Shown here one piece after another: positions 22,903 to 34,692 of a stretch of DNA of 64,000 bases. A program made the translations under genes and the position numbers. Origin of the DNA: an uncultured Clostridia bacterium (GTDB lineage: Bacteria; Bacillota; Clostridia; TANB77; CAG-508); contig CATJWN010000070.1 in NCBI GenBank assembly GCA_949745595.1, positions 54,092 through 118,091 of the forward strand. Reading direction: 5' to 3'. The notes below the pieces were generated by a model. The model did not search any database. It worked only from the letters and a program-made list of their open reading frames with translations, and was not told where the DNA came from. Positions within the stretch are counted from its first letter, which is position 1. Every line of letters begins with the position of its first letter.

Positions 22903-24675
22903 ATGTTTAAAATTAAGTTAGGTGGAGGAAGAACAGCAGAAGTAGAGGAGTCTATGTACTGGCATACAACTTCTCATATTATGGCACAAGCTGTTAAAAG
23001 ATTATTTCCAAGTGCTAAGATTGCAATAGGACCTTCAATTGAAAATGGGTTTTATTATGATTTTGATGTTGAAAAACCTTTTTCAGAAGAAGATTTAAAA
23101 GCTATTGAAGAAGAAATGAGAAAAATTATTAAAGAAGACCATCCATTAGAAAGATTTGAACTTCCTAGAGAAGATGCTATTAAATTTATGGAAGAAAGAG
23201 AAGAGCCATATAAGGTAGAACTTATCAAAGATTTACCAGAGGGCGAAGTTATTTCTTTCTATAAACAAGGTGATTTTACAGACCTTTGTAGAGGACCACA
23301 TTTACCAAGTACAGGAGCTGTAAAAGCTGTTAAACTACTAAGTTCGTCAGGAGCTTATTGGAGAGGTGATGAACATAATAAAATGCTACAAAGAATTTAT
23401 GGTATTTCTTTTCCTAAAGCTAGCGAAGTTGATGAATATTTAGCAAAACTTGCTGAAGCTAAAGAAAGAGACCATAGAAAAATCGGTAAAGAATTAGATT
23501 TATTTATGACGCATGAGCTTGTAGGTTCAGGACTTCCAATGTATTTACCAAAAGGTGCAACAGTTAGAAGATTACTTGAAAGATATATTCAAGATAAAGA
23601 AATTAGCATGGGATATAGCCATGTTTATACACCATCACTTGCAAATGTTGCATTATATAAAACAAGTGGACATTGGATGCACTATAAAGACGATATGTTT
23701 CCAGTAATGAAAATGGGAGACGAAGAAATTGTTTTAAGACCAATGAACTGCCCACATCATATGTTGATTTATAGAAACAAAATGCACTCATATAGAGAAT
23801 TACCAATAAGAATTGGGGAGCTTGCACATGACTTTAGATATGAAGATAGTGGAAGTGTTTGTGGGTTAGAGAGAGTTCGTGAGATGTGTCAAAATGATGC
23901 TCACCTTTTCGTAACACCAGAGCAAATAAAACAAGAATTTAAAAATGTTGTTGATTTAATTCTTTCAGTATATAAAGATTTCGGTTTTGAAAATTATTCA
24001 TTTAGATTATCTTTAAGAGATAAAAACAATAAAGAAAAATATTTTGATGATGATGAGATGTGGGAGAATGCTGAAAGCCAGTTAAGAGAAATCTTAACAG
24101 AAACAGGGCTTGAGTTCTATGAAGCAGAAGGCGAAGCAGCTTTCTATGGACCAAAACTAGATGTGCAAATTAAAACAGCTTTAGGACATGATGTAACGGT
24201 TTCTACTTGCCAATTAGATTTCTTATTACCACAAAGATTTGAGCTAGAGTATATTGGAGAAGATGGTGAAAAACATAGACCAGTAGTTATCCACAGAGCT
24301 ATCTTAGGTACATTTGATAGATTTTTAGCTTTCTTGGTAGAAGAAACAAAAGGAGCTTTCCCAACTTGGCTTGCACCAGTTCAAGTAAAGGTTCTACCAA
24401 TTACTGATAATCAAAGAGATTATGCTATGTCAGTAGTAGAGAAACTAAAAAAAGAAGGTGTAAGAGTAGAACTCGATGATAGACAAGAAAAAATAGGATA
24501 CAAAATCCGTGAAGCACAACTTCAAAAAACTCCATATATGTTGATTATAGGAGAAAAAGAAGTAGAAAATTCAGCAGTAGGCATACGTACAAGAAAAGAA
24601 GGCGACGTAGGTCAAATGGCATTAGAAAATTTTGTAGCTAAAATTAAAGAAGAAATAAATACTTATGCTAGATAA
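22903..24675 (+). CDS. thrS: Threonine-tRNA ligase (short form, lacks N-terminal TGS domain)
   Basis: [37 protein letters not shown]. Confidence 0.97.
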   Translation: MFKIKLGGGRTAEVEESMYWHTTSHIMAQAVKRLFPSAKIAIGPSIENGFYYDFDVEKPFSEEDLKAIEEEMRKIIKEDHPLERFELPREDAIKFMEEREEPYKVELIKDLPEGEVISFYKQGDFTDLCRGPHLPSTGAVKAVKLLSSSGAYWRGDEHNKMLQRIYGISFPKASEVDEYLAKLAEAKERDHRKIGKELDLFMTHELVGSGLPMYLPKGATVRRLLERYIQDKEISMGYSHVYTPSLANVALYKTSGHWMHYKDDMFPVMKMGDEEIVLRPMNCPHHMLIYRNKMHSYRELPIRIGELAHDFRYEDSGSVCGLERVREMCQNDAHLFVTPEQIKQEFKNVVDLILSVYKDFGFENYSFRLSLRDKNNKEKYFDDDEMWENAESQLREILTETGLEFYEAEGEAAFYGPKLDVQIKTALGHDVTVSTCQLDFLLPQRFELEYIGEDGEKHRPVVIHRAILGTFDRFLAFLVEETKGAFPTWLAPVQVKVLPITDNQRDYAMSVVEKLKKEGVRVELDDRQEKIGYKIREAQLQKTPYMLIIGEKEVENSAVGIRTRKEGDVGQMALENFVAKIKEEINTYAR

Positions 24676-24688
24676 ATAGTAGGAATTA

Positions 24689-24728
24689 AAAGCTAACTCA
24701 TAATATTTTTTATGAGTTGGCTTTTTTT
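24689..24728 (+). terminator. Intrinsic terminator
   Basis: AAGCTAACTCATAA...TTATGAGTTGGCTT plus T tract. Confidence 0.75.
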
Positions 24729-24801
24729 AGTTGCTAAAAAAAGTTAGGTGTGATATACTTTGCTTGTGAATTTTTGTCACTATATGATAGGAGGGGAAAA
24801 A

Positions 24802-27357
24802 ATGGCAACCGCGAAGAAAGCAAATAATGGAGATTTAACTACAAAATTAGATTTTTTAGGTTTAGATTTAGAAGAGATACCAGATTATCTAAGAGACTTT
24901 AGTCCATTAAATTTCAATACATCTAGGCTTAACAATGATAAGGAGCATAGAGTTTATCGCTATGTGCCAATTGATAAAATTGAAATTTTAATTACACCTT
25001 GCTTAAGAAGTGACGATATTAAGAAGAAATATTCAGAAGCTGTACCACTTGGCAAATTCTTTGGTACAGAAGGTGATGAGGAAGATATCGAAAGGTATAC
25101 TACAATGTTAAGGATAATCAATTCAATGTCTATAGCAGATATTGAGAATATGTCTTTACTTCAAAAATCACTTGAAAAAACAGAACCCTTCAAGATTAAA
25201 TATAACAAAGATTATTTATGGCAAATTTATTATTCTCCTAGTACAAATAAGTACTTTATGTTAGTATGCACTAAGGAAGAAACTTTCTCAGAATTTTTAT
25301 ACTTATTAAAAAAGAAAATCGAGTTTTTTGAAAGCGGTGCAAAGGTTGCACCAGCAATTTTTGTTCCAATCAATTATATAAATTATAGTGAAGAATATTT
25401 AAATAGAGATGAAATAGGAAATATAGAAAGCTATTTATGGCTTTTTACAAAGAATTGGCCATTAATATTTGAAGTGTATAATAAACAAAATGAGATGTCA
25501 CTTCAAATTGTTGGCGATACTTATGTATATAATAATGTAAAAAGTACATATAAAATGAAACTTACAAACAAGGAAGAGGCTTTGAAGTTTTATAAATTAC
25601 TAAAAGCTTTATTTATCTTGCAAACAGAAATCAAAGGAAGGTTTTTGTTTGAGACACAAATTGATAGTAAAAATGGTTTAGAGTTTTATTTTGAAAATAT
25701 ACGAGTTACTTATGAGACTTTAGAAGATTTTATTAAATTACAACATAAGCTTGCAAGAAAATCTATTGCAGAAATGAAAGAAACTTGTCAGAAACTTGAA
25801 GAGAAGTTAGAGAAGTTAAAAGAGAAAGCTAAGAAAAAGGAAGAAGAGTATTTAGAAAAGCAAAAAGAAATTTCTACATATTTAGAGTATAAAAAGACTT
25901 TTTTTGGGAAAGTAAAATATTTCTTTAAATCTTCTAATAAAAAGGGAAAGAAAGCAGCTAAGGAAGAAGAAGTAAAAGAAAAGGAAACATCTAAGACTAT
26001 TGAAATTGAGCCTGCAATGTATAAGATTGATGAAAAGCAATTTTATACTATTGAGGATTTAGTTGTAGCTTATTCTGTTAAGGAAAGAGCTGATAAAAAG
26101 CAAAAAGATTTAGAGCAAGATACTAAGGCTTTAGAGTTAAAGTATGAAAACTTAAAGAGTAAAGTAAGAAATGCAGAATTATATATTGAAGAAATTGATA
26201 AGCATAAAAAGAGTATATTTGAATTCTGGAAATTCGCAAATAAAGACGAAAAGCTTAGCTTAGAGATGGGAAATGAAAATGATAAGAAGAAGGATAATGG
26301 AAATATCAAAAAAGCCTTTGACTTTGAAATGGATTTTGAAACTATGGGTGTAGCTGTTGATAGAATGCAAAGAGTTAAATTCTCTAAAGAAGAGACAGAC
26401 AGTTTATACATTGCAAATACAGAGCTTATTGAGATTATTAATTTACTTCGTTCAGGTAAAATGGATAAGCAAAAAATGGAAGCTGCTCTTACATATTTAA
26501 AAGCTGAGTTTAATAAAAACAGATTATATATGGAAAGCGAAGATTATGATATTTTCGGCAACATAGATAATGATAATAGGAAAATAAAATACATAGGAAG
26601 TAGAAGCCATAGAGAAAATGAGAAAAGTAAGTTTAGAATACTTAATATAAATAAGAAAATTGATGTTTTTGATTTTACAGAAAAATTATTAAGTATTGTT
26701 TCTTATTTAGAAGGTGCAATTCCTAAAATGACTTCAAAATATGAGATGCCATTATACAAAGTAGTACCAATAACAGATAATATTCATGAAGAAGATTTTT
26801 CAATATTCGATATAAATGTGGAAAGCGAGCTTCAAAATTATCAAGATTCTGGCGAAGGTGCTGTAAACCTTATAAAACTTAATTTTAAGGAAGATATGCC
26901 ATTATTATATTATTCTAATATAATTTTCTATGACAATACAAACCAGACTTTACCAGAAGGAATGGATTTATCTTCAAATGTTTTAGTAGATTGCAAGAAG
27001 TTTGATTTTTCTTTAGTAAATCAAACTAAGTTTAGAACAAATAATTATTTTAATGAGCAAAATAATTTGATATTACCAAAATCAAAGGATATTTTGGTAT
27101 ATGAATATGAAGTTACATTAAAGACAGAGGATAAAAAGAAACCTAAAAAAGGAGGTAAAAAGGAAATACCTGCGAAAAAAGAAGTACCAGAAGACTTTGA
27201 AGAAGAATTTGCAGAAGAGTTAATAGAAGAGGTTAAACCTAAAAAGAAAGTTCCTAAAAAACAGGTAGAAGAAGATATAGATCCTATTGAAGAAGTAAAA
27301 CCAAAGAAAAGAAAAAGGACTTTGAAAATGAAAGTCGAGGAGGAAGAGGATGAGTAG
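24802..27357 (+). CDS. Large hypothetical coiled-coil protein
   Basis: About 850 aa ORF, GGAGG RBS, charged coiled-coil middle and K/E-rich tail. Confidence 0.75.
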   Translation: MATAKKANNGDLTTKLDFLGLDLEEIPDYLRDFSPLNFNTSRLNNDKEHRVYRYVPIDKIEILITPCLRSDDIKKKYSEAVPLGKFFGTEGDEEDIERYTTMLRIINSMSIADIENMSLLQKSLEKTEPFKIKYNKDYLWQIYYSPSTNKYFMLVCTKEETFSEFLYLLKKKIEFFESGAKVAPAIFVPINYINYSEEYLNRDEIGNIESYLWLFTKNWPLIFEVYNKQNEMSLQIVGDTYVYNNVKSTYKMKLTNKEEALKFYKLLKALFILQTEIKGRFLFETQIDSKNGLEFYFENIRVTYETLEDFIKLQHKLARKSIAEMKETCQKLEEKLEKLKEKAKKKEEEYLEKQKEISTYLEYKKTFFGKVKYFFKSSNKKGKKAAKEEEVKEKETSKTIEIEPAMYKIDEKQFYTIEDLVVAYSVKERADKKQKDLEQDTKALELKYENLKSKVRNAELYIEEIDKHKKSIFEFWKFANKDEKLSLEMGNENDKKKDNGNIKKAFDFEMDFETMGVAVDRMQRVKFSKEETDSLYIANTELIEIINLLRSGKMDKQKMEAALTYLKAEFNKNRLYMESEDYDIFGNIDNDNRKIKYIGSRSHRENEKSKFRILNINKKIDVFDFTEKLLSIVSYLEGAIPKMTSKYEMPLYKVVPITDNIHEEDFSIFDINVESELQNYQDSGEGAVNLIKLNFKEDMPLLYYSNIIFYDNTNQTLPEGMDLSSNVLVDCKKFDFSLVNQTKFRTNNYFNEQNNLILPKSKDILVYEYEVTLKTEDKKKPKKGGKKEIPAKKEVPEDFEEEFAEELIEEVKPKKKVPKKQVEEDIDPIEEVKPKKRKRTLKMKVEEEEDE

Positions 27358-28525
27358 AGTTAATATTATTGTTTTAGATAGCTTTGGAGTAGGAGAATTA
27401 CCAGATGCAAATGTTTATGGTGATGAAGGTAGTGATACTTTAGGCGCTATTTATAGAACGACTACTTTAAACATACCTAATATGAAAAAACTAGGGTTAT
27501 ATAATATAACAGGTGTTTCAATACCGGAAAAAGAAGATTATTGCATAGGAAGTTTTGGAAAGGCAGCAGAAAAGTCACAAGGTAAAAATAGCCCAGTAGG
27601 GCATTGGGAAATATCCGGATATGTAAAAGAAGTAGGTTTTACAACATATCCAAATGCTTTTCCACAGGAGCTTTTAGATGAGATATCTAAAAGAGCAAAT
27701 TTACCGGGATTTTGTTGTAACAAAGTAGGCTCAGGTACAGCTCTATTAAAAGAATATGGTGAAGAAATAATTGCAACAGGTAAACCAATGGTATATACTT
27801 CAGCAGATAGTGTTTTCCAAATTGCAGCACATGAGGATTATATTTCATTAGATAGACTATATGAAATTTGTAAGATTTCAAGAGAAGTTATTGACGAAAT
27901 GGGTTATAACATAGGAACTGTTATAGCAAGACCTTTTGTTGGAGACAGTCCAGATACATATAAAAGAACATATAACAGAAAAGACTTTGAAGCTACTGAT
28001 TTTGGAAGAACAATGTTAGATGTATTTGTAGATAATGGGAAAAAAGTTTTAGCAATTGGTAAAATAGAGGATTTATTTACTGGAAGAGGAATTACAAGAG
28101 CTATACACACAAATGGAAATACTGATGGAATTGCTAGAAATATTGAAGCTTTAAAATCAGCAGAAGAGGATATTATTTTTACTAATTTGGTTGATTATGA
28201 TATGCTTTATGGGCATAGAAATGACCCAATAGGATACGCTAGAGCATTAGAAGAATTTGATAATAAGCTTCCAGAAATAATGAGTTTACTTAGAGATGAC
28301 GACATTCTTATAATTACTGCTGACCACGGATGTGATCCAGTTACACCATCAACAGACCACTCAAGAGAATATATACCAATTTTAATATATGGGAAAAATA
28401 TCAAAGAAAATGTTAACATAGGCATTCGTGATACTTATGCGGATATTTCTGCTACAATACTTGATATATACGGTTTTGAAAAATTGCCTTATGGAACAAG
28501 TTTTAAAGAATTAATAATGAAATAA
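27350..28525 (+). CDS. deoB: Phosphopentomutase
   Basis: VLDSFGVG, YTSADSVFQIAAHE, DMLYGHRND, TADHGCDP. Confidence 0.95.
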   Translation: MSRVNIIVLDSFGVGELPDANVYGDEGSDTLGAIYRTTTLNIPNMKKLGLYNITGVSIPEKEDYCIGSFGKAAEKSQGKNSPVGHWEISGYVKEVGFTTYPNAFPQELLDEISKRANLPGFCCNKVGSGTALLKEYGEEIIATGKPMVYTSADSVFQIAAHEDYISLDRLYEICKISREVIDEMGYNIGTVIARPFVGDSPDTYKRTYNRKDFEATDFGRTMLDVFVDNGKKVLAIGKIEDLFTGRGITRAIHTNGNTDGIARNIEALKSAEEDIIFTNLVDYDMLYGHRNDPIGYARALEEFDNKLPEIMSLLRDDDILIITADHGCDPVTPSTDHSREYIPILIYGKNIKENVNIGIRDTYADISATILDIYGFEKLPYGTSFKELIMK

Positions 28526-28721
28526 ATTCTAAAAACCTTTAAGCATTAAGTTTTTAAGAGTTAATCTGTCAGAAAATTGTCGTAAAATTCTAAAACTATA
28601 ATATGGCACCCTTCCAGTACTTTACTGCGTAAAGACTGAACTCTTTCCATATTACAGCTTAAGAATTTCTAACTTAATTTTCTTTCATCATAACTCACAA
28701 AACATAATTACTTAAAGGTTT

Positions 28722-29597
28722 TCATTTTATCAAATTAAGTATATCTTGTGGAAAAGGTGCTTCTAGTGTTAAATTTTCTTTTGTAATTGGGTGAGCAAAA
28801 GTTACTTTATGAGCATGTAAAGCTTGGCGTGAAATTAAGTCAGAAGTAGTACCATATAAAGAGTCACCTAAGATAGAATGACCTATGTATTTACTGTGAA
28901 CTCTTAATTGATGTGTGCGTCCAGTTTCTAAGGTATATTTAACGGCACAATAATTTTCGAAATTTTTAATAAGTTCAAAATGAGAGATTGCAGTTTCACC
29001 TTTTTCTGAAATTTCTCTTTCCATAATACTCCCAGCTTTTCTAGCAATAGGCGCATTTATTGTATCAGAGGTTTTATCTAAACTACCTTCTAAAATGGCA
29101 AGATATTCTTTTTTAAAAGTATTATTTTTCATTTGCCTTACTAGTATTTCTTGTATATATTCGTGTTTTGCAAAGATAACGATACCAGAAGTATCTTTGT
29201 CCAATCTGTTTACAGGTCGTATTTTCTTATTTAAACCTATTGAATTAAAATAATATTTTACGCCATTTGATAGGCTGTTTTCATAATGATTACAAGATGG
29301 GTGAACGGGAATACCAGCAGATTTATTTATAATTAACAAATAATCGTCTTCAAATATTATATCTAACTTCATTTCAGTAGGAACTATATTATCTGATTCT
29401 TCAGTAAAGTTCATATCAAGTTTTAAAACATCTCCAATACAAACTTTTTCAGTAACATAAACAGGTGCATTATTCAAAAAAATTCGTTTTTCTCTTTTTA
29501 GTTTAATAAGCAATCTATCAGAAATTTGAAAATACGATTTTATAATTTCTTTTACATTAAAAAATTGATTATTTTTTACTTTAAATTCTAATTCCAT
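28722..29597 (-). CDS. RluA-family pseudouridine synthase
   Basis: NRLDKDTSG, ETGRTHQLRVH, GDSLYG. Confidence 0.92.
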   Translation of the reverse strand: MELEFKVKNNQFFNVKEIIKSYFQISDRLLIKLKREKRIFLNNAPVYVTEKVCIGDVLKLDMNFTEESDNIVPTEMKLDIIFEDDYLLIINKSAGIPVHPSCNHYENSLSNGVKYYFNSIGLNKKIRPVNRLDKDTSGIVIFAKHEYIQEILVRQMKNNTFKKEYLAILEGSLDKTSDTINAPIARKAGSIMEREISEKGETAISHFELIKNFENYCAVKYTLETGRTHQLRVHSKYIGHSILGDSLYGTTSDLISRQALHAHKVTFAHPITKENLTLEAPFPQDILNLIK

Positions 29598-29617
29598 TTA
29601 TAACATTTTCCTTTAAA

Positions 29618-29680
29618 TTATATATATTCAAATATAGAATCTATATCTTGATGAGCCTCATTTGACATCAAAATTTTCAT
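29618..29680 (-). pseudogene. Truncated RelE/ParE-like toxin remnant (20 codons)
   Basis: MKILMSNEAHQDIDSIFEYI-stop, overlapping the end of the antitoxin-like gene. Confidence 0.55.
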
Positions 29681-29857
29681 ATTGTTTTCTCATCCTTTCT
29701 TTAGATTCTTCAATAGTCATTACTCTACCATTTTTTATATCATCTTTGCTTTTTTGTGCTTTTGAATGTAGATATAAAGCATAGATAGCATCATCCCAGG
29801 TAGTATTATCAGGTAGGGTATTAACTGCTGCAATAATTTCTTTTTTTCATTAATCAT
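29658..29857 (-). pseudogene. Antitoxin-like gene frameshifted at an A7 run
   Basis: GAAAGGAG RBS and ATG 29857; one extra A gives MINEKKEIIAAVNTLPDNTTWDDAIYALY...KNGRVMTIEESKERM, similar to 30067-30243. Confidence 0.6.
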
Positions 29858-30066
29858 TTTTTATTCTCCTTTCTTTTAAAATATTAATAATAGTATAACA
29901 CAGTTCAAGAATTTATTGAAGACATAGTAAAAGATAAGAATGAATATAGATCAAGTTATGCATTAAATTATAAAATCCTGGCTTTTAATTATTTAAAAAA
30001 TATTAAAAAGCAGTAGTAAAAAAATATTTTGTATGGTAAAATATATACATGATTGGAGGAAGATAT

Positions 30067-30243
30067 ATGAGCGATAAACAATTAATTTTAGATACAGTGC
30101 AAAGCATTGACGATAAATTAAGTTATGAAGAAATATTATATACACTTTATATGCAATTGGAAATTCAAAAAGGGATTAAAGATATGGAAGAAGGAAACAC
30201 AAAAACAACTAAGGAAGTAAAGGAGATTATAGACAAATGGTAG
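30067..30243 (+). CDS. Putative type II antitoxin
   Basis: 58 aa, IQKGIKDMEEG motif, overlaps toxin start. Confidence 0.7.
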   Translation: MSDKQLILDTVQSIDDKLSYEEILYTLYMQLEIQKGIKDMEEGNTKTTKEVKEIIDKW

Positions 30244-30548
30244 TGTGGACAGATACTGCAATATCTCATATTACGGAATTTATAGACGAAGCAAGGCAAG
30301 ATACAGAAAATACAGCGAAAGCTTATATGCAAAAACTTGTTGATTATGCAGATATATTAAATTCAATGCCTAAAATTGGAAAAAACATAAAATATATTAT
30401 TTCAAATTATGAATTAAGACAAATAATTTATAAAAAACATAGAATAATTTATTATATAAAGGAAAATGATATTGTAATTATAGCAATTTTGCATACTAGG
30501 TTAGATATAAACAAAGCTTTAAAACGTATAAAAAGAGATATATCATAG
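30237..30548 (+). CDS. RelE/ParE family toxin
   Basis: VVWTDTA..., MPKIG, HRIIYY, IIAILH. Confidence 0.8.
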   Translation: MVVWTDTAISHITEFIDEARQDTENTAKAYMQKLVDYADILNSMPKIGKNIKYIISNYELRQIIYKKHRIIYYIKENDIVIIAILHTRLDINKALKRIKRDIS

Positions 30549-30636
30549 CAAGAAAACTAGAAAAATTGCTTGATTTTTGGACTTAGATATTATATAATAT
30601 TAAGAATATATAAATTATTAAAGGAGGGATTATCAA

Positions 30637-32145
30637 ATGGCTAAAATTATAGGAGATGTATCAAGAACATTTAGTGAGTTTTTACTATTACCAAACTTAA
30701 CAGATGAAAGATGTATACCTAGCAATGTTAGTTTAAAAACACCATTAGTAAAATTTAAAAAAGGAGAAGAACCAAAATATACAGCGAACGTTCCTTTCGT
30801 TTCTGCAATTATGCAAGCTGTTTCAGGAGAGCAAATGGCTATTGCGCTTGCACGTGAAGGTGGATGTTCTTTTATTTTTGGTTCACAATCAATCGAGTCA
30901 CAAGCTCAAATGGTTAGAAACGTAAAAAGACATAAAGCAGGATTTATAGACAGTGATTCAAACGTAAAGAGTGGTACACCACTTCGTGAAGTAATTGCAA
31001 TGATTGAAAAAACAGGACATTCAACAGTAACAATTACAGAAGATGGTAGTGCAAATGGAAAATTCTTAGGTTTAGTTACAGATAAAGATTATAGAATTTC
31101 AAGAGCAGATTTAGATGCACCAATCGATACTTTTATGAGACCTATTAATGAAGTTGTTTGTGCTAGAAAAGGAATAAGTTTAACAGAAGCAAATGATATG
31201 ATATGGGACCATAAAATCAGTTGTTTACCAGTATTAGACGAAAATGATAACTTAGAGCATTTAGTATTTAGAAAAGACTATGAAGATAAGAAAAATAATC
31301 CCGAATCTTTATTAGATGAGAATAAGAGATATGTTGTAGGTGCAGGTATTAATACAAGAGACTATGAAGAAAGAATTCCAGCCTTAGTTGAAGCTGGAGT
31401 TGATATGGTATGTATGGACTCTTCAGACGGATATTCTGTATGGCAAAAGAACACTATCGATTGGGTACGTGCTCATTATGGTGATAGTGTAAAAATAGGA
31501 GCTGGAAATGTTGTTGATAAAGAAGGTTTCTATTATTTAGCAGAAGCTGGTGCTGATTTTATTAAAGTCGGTGTTGGTGGAGGTTCAATCTGTATCACTC
31601 GTGAAACAAAAGGTATTGGACGTGGACAAGCAAGTGCTTTAATGGATGTTGTTGAAGCTAGAAACGAATATTACGAAAGAACAGGAATATATATTCCTGT
31701 ATGCTCAGATGGTGGTATCGTACACGATTATCATATTACTTTATCATTAGCAATGGGAGCTGATTTTGTAATGATGGGTAGATATTTTGCTAGATTTGAC
31801 GAAAGCCCTACAAAAGTTGTTAAGAGAAATGGTACTTTCGTAAAAGAGTATTGGGGTGAAGGTTCAAACAGAGCTAGAAACTGGCAAAGATATGATTTAG
31901 GAGATAATAAAAACAAATTAAGTTTTGAAGAAGGTGTTGATTCATACATACCTTATGCAGGACCTTTAAAAGATAACTTAGCGGTTACAGTAAGTAAGAT
32001 AAAATCTACAATGTGCAATTGTGGTGCTGTAACAATACCAGAGTTACAAGAAAAAGCAAGACTTACACTTGTATCTAGTGTTAGTATCAAAGAAGGCGGA
32101 GCACATGATGTTATGCTTAAGGATATTGAAAGCTCAAACCATTAA
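30637..32145 (+). CDS. guaB: IMP dehydrogenase
   Basis: SAIMQ, CBS pair, [15 protein letters not shown]. Confidence 0.95.
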   Translation: MAKIIGDVSRTFSEFLLLPNLTDERCIPSNVSLKTPLVKFKKGEEPKYTANVPFVSAIMQAVSGEQMAIALAREGGCSFIFGSQSIESQAQMVRNVKRHKAGFIDSDSNVKSGTPLREVIAMIEKTGHSTVTITEDGSANGKFLGLVTDKDYRISRADLDAPIDTFMRPINEVVCARKGISLTEANDMIWDHKISCLPVLDENDNLEHLVFRKDYEDKKNNPESLLDENKRYVVGAGINTRDYEERIPALVEAGVDMVCMDSSDGYSVWQKNTIDWVRAHYGDSVKIGAGNVVDKEGFYYLAEAGADFIKVGVGGGSICITRETKGIGRGQASALMDVVEARNEYYERTGIYIPVCSDGGIVHDYHITLSLAMGADFVMMGRYFARFDESPTKVVKRNGTFVKEYWGEGSNRARNWQRYDLGDNKNKLSFEEGVDSYIPYAGPLKDNLAVTVSKIKSTMCNCGAVTIPELQEKARLTLVSSVSIKEGGAHDVMLKDIESSNH

Positions 32146-32168
32146 ATTTTAAAGAAAGAGAAGAATTT

Positions 32169-33704
32169 ATGAAAGAAGAAGAAAAAATTTTAATAATCGA
32201 TTTTTATGGTCAATATAATCAATTAATTGCAAGACGTGTTAGAGAATGCAATGTATATTCTGAGATTGTACCATATAATACACCAGTAGAAAAAATAAAG
32301 GAAATGAATCCAAAAGGACTTATATTTACTGGAAGTGCTGCAAGTGTATATGCTGAAAACTCTCCAAAATGCGATCCAGAGATTTTCAATCTAGGGATAC
32401 CAGTGCTTGGAATTTGTTATGGAATGCAACTTATGACATATAATTTTGGCGGAGAAGTGCAAAAAGCAGATAAACGTGAATATGGTGTTATGAAGGTTAA
32501 TATTAATAATTCTTCAAAACTATTTGCTGGTTTTGAAAATACTAATAATTTCTTAATGACACATGGAGATTTTGTTTCAAAACTTCCAGAAGGTTTTGAA
32601 AATATAGCTGCAACTGAAGATTGCCCAAATGCTGGAATGCAAAATGAAGCTAAGCGTTTATATGGAATACAATTCCACCCAGAAGTTAATAACTCTGAAA
32701 ATGGAATACAAGTTATTAGAAATTTTGTATATAATATATGTGGATGTACAGGTACTTGGAAAATGAGTGCTTTTGTAGAAGAAACAATACAAAATATAAA
32801 AGAAAAAGTTGGAGATAGAAAAGCTCTATGTGCATTATCAGGAGGGGTTGATTCTTCTGTTGCTGCAACACTTATGAGTAAAGCTATTGGTAAAAACTTA
32901 ACTTGTATATTTGTTGATCACGGTTTACTTAGAAAAAATGAAGCAGACGAAGTAGAAGCAGTTTTTGCAAACTCAGAAGTTAACTTTGTTAGAGTAGATG
33001 CAAAAGATAGATTTTTAGGAAAACTTGCTGGAGTTACAGAACCAGAAAGAAAGAGAAAAATCATTGGCGAAGAATTCATTAGAGTATTTGAAGAAGAAGC
33101 TAAAAAGATAGGTACAGTTGATTTCTTAGTTCAAGGTACAATCTATCCAGACGTTATAGAAAGCGGTGTTGGAGTAGGTGCTACAATTAAGAGTCATCAC
33201 AATGTAGGAGGACTTCCTGACTATGTTGATTTTAAAGAGATAATTGAACCACTTCGTGATTTATTTAAAGATGAAGTAAGAAAAGTTGGACTAGAGCTTG
33301 GCTTACCAGAGTATTTAGTTTATCGCCAACCATTCCCAGGACCAGGTTTAGCAATAAGGGTTATTGGAGAAATAACAGACGATAAATTAACAATATTAAA
33401 AGATGCAGATTATATATTTAGAGAAGAAATTGCAAAAGCAGGTCTTGATAAGAGTATCAACCAATATTTTGCAGTACTTACAAATTTAAAGAGTGTTGGT
33501 GTAATGGGAGATGAAAGAACTTATGACTACACAGTTGCATTAAGAGCTGTTACAACAACAGACTTTATGACAGCTGAATGGAGTAAAATTCCTTTTGAAG
33601 TTCTTGAAACTGTTTCTAGTAGAATTGTAAATGAAGTAAAACATGTAAATAGAATTGTTTATGATATTACTGGAAAACCACCAGCAACTATCGAATGGGA
33701 ATAG
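32169..33704 (+). CDS. guaA: GMP synthase
   Basis: [39 protein letters not shown]. Confidence 0.97.
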   Translation: MKEEEKILIIDFYGQYNQLIARRVRECNVYSEIVPYNTPVEKIKEMNPKGLIFTGSAASVYAENSPKCDPEIFNLGIPVLGICYGMQLMTYNFGGEVQKADKREYGVMKVNINNSSKLFAGFENTNNFLMTHGDFVSKLPEGFENIAATEDCPNAGMQNEAKRLYGIQFHPEVNNSENGIQVIRNFVYNICGCTGTWKMSAFVEETIQNIKEKVGDRKALCALSGGVDSSVAATLMSKAIGKNLTCIFVDHGLLRKNEADEVEAVFANSEVNFVRVDAKDRFLGKLAGVTEPERKRKIIGEEFIRVFEEEAKKIGTVDFLVQGTIYPDVIESGVGVGATIKSHHNVGGLPDYVDFKEIIEPLRDLFKDEVRKVGLELGLPEYLVYRQPFPGPGLAIRVIGEITDDKLTILKDADYIFREEIAKAGLDKSINQYFAVLTNLKSVGVMGDERTYDYTVALRAVTTTDFMTAEWSKIPFEVLETVSSRIVNEVKHVNRIVYDITGKPPATIEWE

Positions 33705-33716
33705 GAGGAAAATAAT

Positions 33717-34490
33717 TTGAAAATTTTGGCAGTAGGAGACATTGTCGGCAAAACTGGAGTACAAAGCCTTAAGATAAATCTTCCGAAGATTATTGAAGAA
33801 CATAAAATTGATTTTGTTATAGTTAATGGCGAGAATGCCGCAGATGGTATGGGACTTACAGAAAAGCTATATAGAGAAATTTTAGCTTGTAAAGTAAATG
33901 TTGTAACTATGGGAAATCACACTTGGGCAAAGAAAGATATATTTGGATTTATTGAAGATAAAAATATAATAAGACCTGCAAATTATCCAAGTAATAATTC
34001 AGGAAAAGGATACAGAATTTTTGAATGTAAAAATAAGAAAATAGCAGTTATAAATTTAATTGGTAGAGTAACGATGTCAGTGCTTTCAGAAAATCCATTT
34101 TTAGAAGCTAGAAATATTATAGACAAAATAAAAGATACTGTAGATATAATAGTTATCGATTTTCATGCGGAAGCAACTGCAGAAAAGATTGCACTTGGCT
34201 ATTATTTAGAAGGAGATGCAACAATTATTTTTGGTACACATACTCATGTACAAACAGCTGATGAGCAAATCTTAGAAAATGGAACAGCTTTTATAACAGA
34301 TATTGGTATGACAGGTCCAAAATATTCTGTAATTGGTATGGATCCAAAAGCTTCAATTAAAAGGTTTGAAACTTCGTTACCTGAAAAGTATAGAGTAGCA
34401 GAAGGAAATGCGATTTTTAATGGTGTTATATTTGAAATAGACGATATAACAAACGAGGCAAAAGATATCGAAAGAATTTATATAAAATAA
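33717..34490 (+). CDS. YmdB-like metallophosphoesterase (TIGR00282 type)
   Basis: GDIVG, NGENAA, GNHTW, DFHAEATAEK, GTHTHVQT. Confidence 0.9.
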   Translation: MKILAVGDIVGKTGVQSLKINLPKIIEEHKIDFVIVNGENAADGMGLTEKLYREILACKVNVVTMGNHTWAKKDIFGFIEDKNIIRPANYPSNNSGKGYRIFECKNKKIAVINLIGRVTMSVLSENPFLEARNIIDKIKDTVDIIVIDFHAEATAEKIALGYYLEGDATIIFGTHTHVQTADEQILENGTAFITDIGMTGPKYSVIGMDPKASIKRFETSLPEKYRVAEGNAIFNGVIFEIDDITNEAKDIERIYIK

Positions 34491-34498
34491 ATATGTTT

Positions 34499-34535
34499 AC
34501 GACAAGGTCAATTAAAATCTTGTCGTTATTTTTTT
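34499..34535 (+). terminator. Intrinsic terminator
   Basis: ACGACAAG...CTTGTCGT plus T tract. Confidence 0.7.
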
Positions 34536-34607
34536 GAAAATTTTAATAATTTCTTTACTTTTCGTTTATTTTTTCTTAATAAATAATTGATATAATTTAA
34601 TTATAGA

Positions 34608-34621
34608 TTACAAAAATGTAA
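34608..34621. promoter_or_regulatory. BceR-type operator 1
   Basis: TTACA-AAAA-TGTAA. Confidence 0.55.
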
Positions 34622-34692
34622 TGTTAAGTTAAGGTAAATCAATACTTAAATAAGGAAAAGACTAGTATAATGAAATTGGAAAGGAAGAAATT

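Noticed and set aside
30549-30636. Purine riboswitch before guaB (or purD)
   Set aside because: Leaders are too short after the predicted promoters and lack the aptamer consensus
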